A DNA stretch of 64,000 nucleotides, taken from NCBI GenBank assembly GCA_964016885.1, contig OZ024746.1:42842001-42906000 (forward strand), given 5' to 3'. Under the pieces are notes generated by a model. It saw only the letters and a list, made by a program, of their open reading frames with translations, had not been told where the DNA came from and made no database searches. Made by a program: the position numbers and the translations under genes. This document shows positions 54,750 through 64,000 of the stretch, piece by piece; positions within the stretch are counted from its first letter, which is position 1, and the number at the start of each line of letters is the position of its first letter. This stretch comes from Eledone cirrhosa. Its lineage: Eukaryota.

Positions 54750-55260
54750 GCCTCTTCTCCTTCTTCACCTACTTATTCCTTCTAGCAGGTCATGTCAAAA
54801 GCAACCATCTCCAACTGATCCGGAAGCGAGACCAGCTAAGCTCATGGATGTTATACAATCATCTTACTCAGGGTCTACCCCTAGGTCTCCTGCCAGTTGG
54901 TTTTCCCCATAAAATCTGTCAAGCAATTCTTTTCCAAGACATTCTAACCACATTCCCATAGTATTGGAGCTGTGATATCTCAATTCAGAAAAGTAGCAGC
55001 TCTACCTGGAGTGACTCTCTGATCTCAGAGCTATGCACTCTATCGAGTAATGTTACTCCAAATAGCCTTCAGAGGAACCCAATTTCGGCCACTTGCATTC
55101 ACGATCATTTTCTTTTGGTCAATACCCAGGATTCATGACCATAGATAAGGGTTGGCATGAATACCGAATTGAAGATAACAAGTTTGGTTTTAATGCCTAC
55201 TTCCCTTATTCTAATTACTGAATACTGAAGCTGGCACATTATTGCACCAGTTGCTGCAAT
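54750..55260 (-). pseudogene. Expander/Rex3-like RTE 3' fragment
   Basis: Minus strand FMPTLIYGHESWVL..QVAEIGFL..GVTLLDRVHSSEIRESL..KPTGRRPRGRP; gaag-type tail. Confidence 0.85.
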
Positions 55261-56949
55261 TTTTGCACATAAAAAATGTCCAGAAAATCACAAAATAGGT
55301 TATGCCTAATGATGTTACTTTGGTAGCGACCAGTTATTAGCACATATTTAAACCAATTCCCCCTTAAAAGTGAATGTTTACTTACTAATAAATAATACAG
55401 TATATAATGTTTATTATGGTTTAGTCAGTTGGGAGAGGGTATACCCAGAGTCATTGCTGTGCATTTAAATGAGAACTTCTCCTACACATTTTCAGCTTAC
55501 AAAGTTTCTTCCATAAGGATTGGATTATTCTGAGGTTATGGTAGAAGGCACAGTCCAAATGTTCAAAGCAGTTAATCAAAAGCTAATGGATGTGCAATAA
55601 AAAGGTTGTTTAGAATGTAGCTATAAGTAAGTTTAGAATGCAACTGGGCATCAAAAGATGCATGAATGAGGGTTGAATTCAGTAGTGTTTACCTGTAATG
55701 TGCATGAATGATGCATGCTGGGTGAAAGCTGATGGAAATAAGTTGTGTAAATTCATGATAGACGAAGGCATCATGTGATATTAAAAAACGAAAACTGCTA
55801 AAAAGAGACCTAAAAACATTATGTCACAAAAATGGTATTGTAGGATTATGACATTGAGTGACCATAATAATTCAGATTATGATTATCATTATGATGAAAT
55901 GTTTACAGTTAACAGTGTAAAACAAAATCTTCTATAAATAATTCAAAGGAAGTATTAGAGAACAAATAACATTGGTTGTTCTGCTAAGATATAACAATTT
56001 GTCCAATAATAAGCTTCTATTTTCATCTATTTGACTTAGATTATATAAGACATTGCTTGTGGAATTAATTCGACACAATATTGTTTTTAGAAAAAATGGC
56101 TGTTTATTTTATTACAGATTAAGAATATTTTGAATGAAACGCAAACCAAACAGTAATTTAATTTAAGAATAATAATATGAAAGACATTTTTATTTTTTGC
56201 TTCCTAATTATAATTTGAGTACAAAGCTGAATACTTATGGAGCAAAGACTTAGTTTACAAATTGTTGTATTTTTCAATTTTAGCACCAACTAATATATGT
56301 ATTTTATTTTACTGTTTAATCAGGAAGGGAAAGACAATTCTCAGAATCATTTTCATGGTAACTGAGACTGGTGAGAGTGAATGAAGGAGAGAGGTGGGTA
56401 TCCTGAAACCCGAAATTTGGCCTGAATGTTTACAAACAAAGTGGAGTCTAATAAAGATACCCCTGGGCCAGGTGATAATGCTAAACTGAACAATGGATTA
56501 AGACTTACTCATGTAGGCTACAACCAGAATTGAATTCAGAATGCAAAAAGATGGAACAAATACCACCCTGGGCTCTTACTATATTCTATTGACCCTGAAT
56601 GAATGAAAGGCAAAGTTGATCTCAGTAGGATTTGAATTTAAAGAGCTGGAACAAATACCACAAAGCATTTTATCCTTCCCTCTAATGATTCTATCAATTC
56701 ATCAGCTTAATCTATAACAAAGCAGATCTGATACTTTTTTAGTGAAGAAGACTGCTATCTTTAGAACATGACATATTACCCTTCTAGATATAAATCTTTA
56801 GAATGATATATCTCATATCTGAAATTATTTGATACAATTTTGCCAAAATAGATTTTAGAACTCACAATTTTCTTTCATCATTTAATTTGACATTTATAGC
56901 TATTGATTACATCCCTTTCTCAATCATTGGCATTATTACCATTGTTTGG

Positions 56950-57160
56950 AGATGGCTAGAAATTTACAATAGCTATCTGAATACCTTACAGTATTTTTTA
57001 CTGCCATCCTTCATTGAACTGAGTTCCAATCTCACCAGTATTTATTTTGATTTCATTTCTGTGAGTCAATAAAAGAAGTACTAAACAGATATTCCATTTA
57101 ATTCATCTGATGTGATTTTCCCCTAAAAAATCTGGCCTTGTGCATAAGAAAGAAATCATT
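56950..57160 (+). mobile_element. SINE family A, diverged (a minus-strand copy lies at ~56570-56705)
   Basis: ctgagttccaatctcacc..gtcaataaaagaagtac..ggccttgtgcataagaaagaaatcatt. Confidence 0.7.
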
Positions 57161-58695
57161 GTTGTATTAATGTTATTATTATATTAACGTCAACTGCAAA
57201 AAATGAGATTTAGGAGAGAAAATATAATAAGCTGGTCAGAGACAGTCAAAGAAAAATGTTATATAAAACAGTCTGTGTTATTTCAGAGATGTGAAACAAA
57301 AGGAAACACATTGTTATCAAACAAGCTCATCTAAAATAAGCTATTGTTGGAAAGTGAGTTTGTAATGATGCCGATAATGGCAACAAACAATTCAGCCAAT
57401 GATTCAGATAAGCTGTATAGAATATGGTAAGGCACATTTGTCTGCTTAAAATCTATACAAACAAATACAACTTTAGATCTAGTTTACAAAGCAACAACTG
57501 TGTAAAAGAATATTTTGGTATGAAATTCAACCTTCAATAAATGAAAATTATGCCATAAATAAATGTTTAAAACTGTTTTAAATAAACATATGAAAATATA
57601 GCATGTCACTGAAATTTCTGACTGAAGGCAACAATGTTCAAACATAAATAGAGCCTCAGTTGCGTTACTTATTCAAACCAATTTGTATATTTTTTATCTG
57701 CATGATGAGAGATACCTGAGGAAAAATCAAGAAACTCTTTCTTTACATATAAAACATTTACCTTTTTATATTTTTTGAAAACAAGAAACAAAATAGTGTG
57801 TAATAATTTTCTTTTCAAGTTTATTTATTGCCAAAACTTCTAAAGTAACTCCTTAATTCTCTATTCAGATTTACAAACATAACTGAACACTTTCCAAGGC
57901 AATATTTTACATTCCTCAATATAACCTGAAGACACTAAACCAAAATTAATTGCTAACTTGCCATAAAACATTTTCAGTCTACACTTTCAACAAAAGAGTT
58001 TTAATATTTAAGCATCCTGTGACTGGCTATAGAAGGGAAGTAACAAAATCGTATGTAAAGAATATGATACAATCTCTTATATTATGTGCTATTACCTTCA
58101 GCTTTTTACTGAGAATCAAAATATACTTTATAGTGTCAATTATAAACCTGAAGATAGATTTATCCAAACAAACAAAAATAAAAGAGAGGAAGAAAAATGA
58201 AAATCAAAGAAATAATTAGCCTTGAGTAAAATACGTTTCTTGTGAAAAAACAAAAACATAACTGAAACTAATTTTGATATGTACATTAACTAGGTGTGAA
58301 TCAAAGAAATACTGATCTGAGAAAGAAATGGGAAACATATAATGAGTTGATGCTATAATTAGATATGCTTTGTTAGAAATAAATATCTTTTATGTTGGAA
58401 TATATTTTGTTTATATTTCATACCTTGTTTGTTAAATGTAATACATTTGAAAAAAATCTCATTTTCAAATTTAATTGGAATCTTTTTTTTTTCGTGTATT
58501 AAAAAAGAATTCTATTTACTTCATTTGACTTTTCTGTGTAACTAAAGAATAATTTGAAATGTTACATAACAGATTTTTAGGAGAGTCAAAGCAAAGAATT
58601 TTGGTGTAAGCAGAACCTGTTAATTTATGTTGACAAAGGATAAAAATATTTTGTATTGAGAAACTAAACCTTCAATAGAAGTCAGAGAAGATAAT

Positions 58696-58887
58696 TATTT
58701 CTACATTAGGCACAAGGCCAGCAATTCACCAGTGTATTACTGGTACTTTATTTTATCGACCCCGTAAGGATGAAAGGCAAAGTTAACCTTGGCGGGATTT
58801 GAACTCAGAATGGCAAGGGCCGTAACTCTATGCGTCAAAGCATGGTGTCCGACCCTCTACCGATACTGCCAATCCACCGCCCTTGTA
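58696..58887 (-). mobile_element. SINE family A with 19-bp TSD
   Basis: agaagtcagagaagataat at 58677-58695 and agaagtaagagaagataat at 58888-58906. Confidence 0.92.
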
Positions 58888-60333
58888 AGAAGTAAGAGAA
58901 GATAATGAATGTGAAATGGACAAAGGAGAGAGATGAAAGGAAAGAGAGAGGAAGAGAGACAAAAGATGACAGAATGGAAAGGTTATAATTTGACAGTGAA
59001 TACAAAAATAGATGCTGTTTGCCATAGAATAAAATACTTATCAAGCACATCTTTATTTACTAGCAAGGGAAACACTCAGCAAACCTTAAGAAATATAACT
59101 AAAAGAATGCTTCTAGTTAAATATGACAATGAAGTTTTTAACAGATGAGATTAAAGTAAATTTTGAAAGCAATTTAAAAATCTAAAAAATAATACAAAAA
59201 TGATTTGCAACTGCATGATTTAAATATGATGAGTCACTGGTAAATGAAAATTGTTTGCTGTTAGTATTTGAAACGATTATTTAATCGCAACATAAATTGC
59301 TGCTATGCTCTCACTGAGAAAATCTTTAACATGTTCTACAAACACCAATTGCAAATATCTCATAATGCTTTTCAGTTCATTTTACATTTTATTTTTGTCT
59401 TTTAATAAATCATTATATCACATACTTTCTTACATGTAAGTAAATCGTAAATAAATATCAAAGTTGCTTGAGACAGTATATACTTTATAAATTTTTATCT
59501 CTTTCTTTTATATTACATATGTTCTTTAAAAGAACTTGGACTTAGAAAATTACCACTTTTTACTGTTTATTTAAATTATTACTAATATGAATATGCAACC
59601 TGTTTGTCTACCAATTTGCTCTTTAGATTGTGACTTCTTTCTTTATCTATTGTTTGAACTACTATTACTATTTATATTGAGAGCTCATCATTGTAAAGTA
59701 CGATGTTTTAAATATAAATCCTTATCTTCAACATAATCATCATTACCACCATCATGATGATCACCATTATTTTTACATCTATTTTTCCATGTTAGCATGA
59801 GTTGTACAAGACATTTTGCGGCAGTACTTTATGACATGATGTCATTCCTGATGCCAACAAATTTGTTTAAAATAAGGTACAAATCTTTGTATATATCTAA
59901 CTGCTGAGCGGCAGGACTTCTGTTCATGCATGAGATAAGTACCAGCACCTACAGTGGTGTTGTCAAATGCAAAGTGAAGACAGAGAGACAAGCAACTCTA
60001 CCCTCACACACATATATACATACATACAAAATGATTTTTTAGTGTTTCCACCTATCAGTTTTACTCACAAGATATTGGTTGTCTTGCAGTTACAGTAGAC
60101 AACACTTGTAGTGAAATAGAACCTGAAATCACAGGGTTGTAAAGCAAACATCTCAACCACACAGTCATGTCTACACCTTATAGGTTTGTTGATCAAATAA
60201 AATGTCTATCTGTCTCTGTCTTCCTCTTCTATTCACTATGTCTTTTTCATATTCTAGCAGGAAGAATTCTGCCTAACTGCAGATGAAGGGTGTCATTAAA
60301 GAAATTGACAGATTGTTACTGCTGGGAATGTGG

Positions 60334-60334
<1 letters not shown>

Positions 60335-60394
<60 letters not shown>
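60335..60394. repeat. (ACT)n microsatellite
   Basis: About 20 ACT units; source of the poly-T/poly-S ORFs. Confidence 0.97.
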
Positions 60395-60794
60395 GCTATT
60401 GCTATTGCTTCTGCTGCTGATACTACAGCAAGTTTGAGAGGAGTGGGAAAGTCGATTAGTAGCTTGGGACCAATATAAACTCATCACACATTAGTGGCGT
60501 CATGGTGTGTTCTTTGGCTTCTGTGGGTACACAATGAACACATCCATGGTTCCATATCTTTTTCCACATGTGATGTGAGATTTTTTAGTCCACACATGTC
60601 CCAAAGCTTTTGTATCTGGGACTGATGCCTGCTCCACCTGGCATGTTTTTATGCTAATTGTACAGTATAATACTGTACATAACCACTGGTGCTCCATGAT
60701 GTTTGATGGAGGAGTGAAGCTGGCCCTGTATCCATTTTTTTACCATTCTCCTGACCTTATCCATTTCTTTGAGGGTCACCGTGACAGAGGCTTT

Positions 60795-61015
60795 CATAAA
60801 TGGGCAAAATCTACCTTCATCAGAGGGAAACTGTCAGAAATATCAAACATTGAACAACAAACTGCTATAAAGTGTTAGAACCAGAGGAAGGTTGCAAATA
60901 TTTAGGTTATTTGAAAGTGATGGAATTAAAGACACAATGATATGGGAACAGATCAGAAACAAATGCTATTGCAGGGTGAGGGCAATGCTGAAGTTAGAGC
61001 TAAATGCAAGAAGGA
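60795..61015 (+). pseudogene. R4/Dong-clade non-LTR RT C-terminal remnant
   Basis: CKYLG(frameshift)LFESDGIKDTMIWEQIRNKCYCRVRAMLKLELNAR resembles the YKYLG..EYxRRVRxILKSELN region of R4-clade elements. Confidence 0.65.
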
Positions 61016-61439
61016 ATTCCATTCTTCACAGCCGCAAGTCTCATTATGGTCCTACTCCCAGGCTATGCCAATGTTTGTCAGGTCTCTCTTCATTGACCTC
61101 AACCAAGTTTTCATGGGTTTGCTATATTTCCTACGTAGGAATGGAGGGGATGTTGTTAGCATCACAACCTTATTTCCATTATTCAATATTACATAGCAAA
61201 TTAAGCAGTAATTGATGGTATTATACATAACAGATTATTGGTAGGTAGGTTTAAGAAGAAAAGTTAAAATAGAATGTTTAAGATGTAAGGAAATAGCAGT
61301 AGAAAGCCTTAGACAGGAGAGGAAATAAAAAAAATGTTATTTAGCAGAAGCTGTTAGAAAGTCACACTTAATTTCTTCCATATTGATCATGATGTCATTA
61401 TTATCCAGGTTAGCATAATGACACTAATGCTTTTCTATA

Positions 61440-62500
61440 AGAGGTAAAGACATGTCAAGGCAATCAAGCTCTGATATTGTTTTTATAGATAAACAGTGGA
61501 CATATGATATCCAACTCCTAGCAGATGTGTGTCGTTTTTCAGTAGTAAATTGCCAAACTGTTAAGAAGAGATGGACTGAAGATAGTGGGCTATGATGACT
61601 ACCTTGATTGACTGCTGGGAAGTATGGAAAAAAATAGTGCAGTGGTGTGAAAATTCAATTTTTGTCTGTCTATGTGAGGGGAAAATTGACAAGACAATAT
61701 GGTATTTCTTGTGAATACTGTTGTATTATGCCAAACTTGTTCACTCCTATCTTGCATCAGATAGGAAAAATTCCAATTTGTGTGAACAGAGGAGAGACAG
61801 CCTTGCTGAAAAAGAACACAAACAAAACGGATGTTATAGACAATTTCAGGCCTATAACTCTGCTCAATGCTGTAATAAAGATTTTGTTCAAAGTGCTCCA
61901 AATATATTAGTGCTTGTTGCAGATAGTTTCGTTGGGCTGGTACAAACAGGTACAAATACATGTAGATATATCCATGACAATCTACACCTCTTGTGGTGCA
62001 CCATAGAAAGTGTAGCATCTAGATTTAGCTTTGGTGGGAGACTAATCAATGTGGATGAATCTAAAACATTTGATAGGGTCAAACAATAGCCCATCGTAAA
62101 ATGTAATCTCAGTTTCTATCAGAACCATTTTGTATCATATGTTTAGTTCATTAAGAATGTCCCATCTCATCAATTATGTATGATGTTGCTCTTGAGCCAT
62201 TGCTGCAAAAGCTGGAGGTATTGAAGAGCATCTAGCTTCAGCTGAAATGGAGGAGGGTCTGTCAATTTATGCAGTTGTCATGATTATGTTGTTAGACATG
62301 GTGGCGTTTGGCACTATACTGAAGGAATAAAAAGTGGCAATATGGGCACATATTAAGCAGAACAAATAGCAACATTGGACCTAGAGAGAAACATCAATGT
62401 TGACCACAGTAATAACATTTATCATTGGACTAATGATCTGGTTAAGGTGCTTGGGGTCTGATTTAGCCCAGGCCTTCAAGTGTACAGAAGCTGGGGCAAT
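61440..62500 (+). pseudogene. Tx1/L1-clade reverse transcriptase remnant
   Basis: DNFRPITLLNAVIKILFKVL, IHDNLHLL..IE, LINVDESKTFDRV, LEPLLQKLE, VKVLGV motifs with stops. Confidence 0.85.
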
Positions 62501-63084
62501 ACTATTCTGAACGGATCAGTTACCTGATTACTGGATATGCAAGATTAGTATAGATATTATTATATACAAAAAGTAAAGGATTTTCTAGTTATAAAACAAA
62601 TACTAATTTAATGCATGGAAGTATATAACTTAGCAAATATCTTATTTTGTTATTAGACAGACACAATTTCTCATTCCTTTTGTGATCGATGTTCATATCA
62701 ATCATGCAGCTATTAATACCACATGCCATTTAAAATTTTGAGAATAAAGCTATCTTTTCAGCCAAGACCTCATTAATTTGTTCAAGTTCCAAGTGAAGTA
62801 ATGGTCAAGTCTGGAAAGGCAAGCTGCCCTCTGGCAGGTGTGATAAAAATTGGGGCAAAACAGCTTGAATTCTGCTTGTAGATTGCAGCCATGAGAGAGT
62901 AATTATTTGAGATGTAAGATGGTTGATTTCTTGGCATGTTCTGATCCTTTATAGGTGACAGAACCTTTCACTTTGAATTGCATTTGTTTTCTATTGTTTT
63001 ACATCCTTAATTATTTTTATCACATTGCATTATATTTGCATTCTCCTTTGCTTTACTGTATATATATATATAGATGTATACAGT

Positions 63085-63702
63085 ATGGTTATTAATCTTT
63101 GGTAATGACTGAAAGAATACGATCATGAATACAAACAACCAAAATGGGGCTCATCTGAAGGGTCTTTGGAGTAACATTACTCAACAGAGTGTGTAGCTTG
63201 TAGATCACAGAGTCACAACAGGTAGATCTGATACTTCTCCAAATTGAGATCACAGCTGAAATACTTTGGGCATGTGGTTAGAATGTCTCAGGAAAAAAGC
63301 ACTGGACAGATTTTACAGGCAAAACCAACTGGCAGGAGACCCAGGGGTAGACTCTGAGCAATATGGTTGGATAACATCCATTTTATTTGCTCATAATAGT
63401 GAGAAATGAGGATGGCAAGAGAGATGGAGGTGATGACAGTGGGAGTTCGGCTCCACTGTGTTCGGACCTGGTGTACGTGTATGTGCATGCTTACTGTCTT
63501 ATCATTTAGACTATATTATTTAGTCAAAATATTATGGTGAAATAAATGGCTGAATTGTGAGATACACATCCATGAGCTTGGCTAGTCTCGCTTGGAGATC
63601 TAGCTGGATGAGTTGGAGACGGTCGCTTTTAACTGAACCTGCTGGAATGAGAGTTTGCAGACTCTGCCCACACGACCTTCAGGAATAAATGGGAAGAAGA
63701 AG
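63085..63702 (+). pseudogene. Expander/Rex3-like RTE 3' fragment with gaagaag tail
   Basis: GVTLLNRV..KPTGRRPRGRL..WLDNI; 3' end resumes at ~63545; homologous to 54750-55260 in the opposite orientation. Confidence 0.8.
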
Positions 63703-64000
63703 TTTTACATATCATGAAAAATACCATTTTAACATGTATAATATTGTGCTTTTAAATGTTATATACTTTCATTTGCAACAAGGCATATTCTCATTACTCT
63801 ACCCTTAGCAATCACAAAAATTAATTAAACAATTACTAACTGATGAGGTATATTACTAGTTTTGGGGGAGAGAAATGTGCCATTGAATACATAAACGCAA
63901 GTGTATTACTGGTACACTTGATATCAAAGCGAGAAAAGTAAAGTTACATCCAATAGATTTTGAACCTAGTACAAGCAGGGACACAGAAACGTTTTCAGTT

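Overview
AT-rich, microsatellite-dense eukaryotic non-coding DNA. The repeat families resemble those I know from octopod (coleoid cephalopod) genomes; this is inference, not a database result. I find no intact protein-coding gene: nearly all ORFs in the track are microsatellite or chance ORFs, or decayed transposon remnants. Recognisable content: several tRNA-derived SINE families; decayed LINEs (RTE with a PHD-like finger, Expander/Rex3-like RTE, a 5'-inverted RTE-type copy with a 14-bp TSD, Tx1/L1-like, R4/Dong-like); mariner remnants; and a Penelope-like (GIY-YIG) relic with a hammerhead motif. The most notable structure is a set of three long fold-back (palindromic) elements in TA/CA microsatellites that share a short downstream motif. 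The largest has perfect 184-bp arms, each carrying a complete type I hammerhead-ribozyme fold, one per strand. Boundaries of decayed repeats are approximate.
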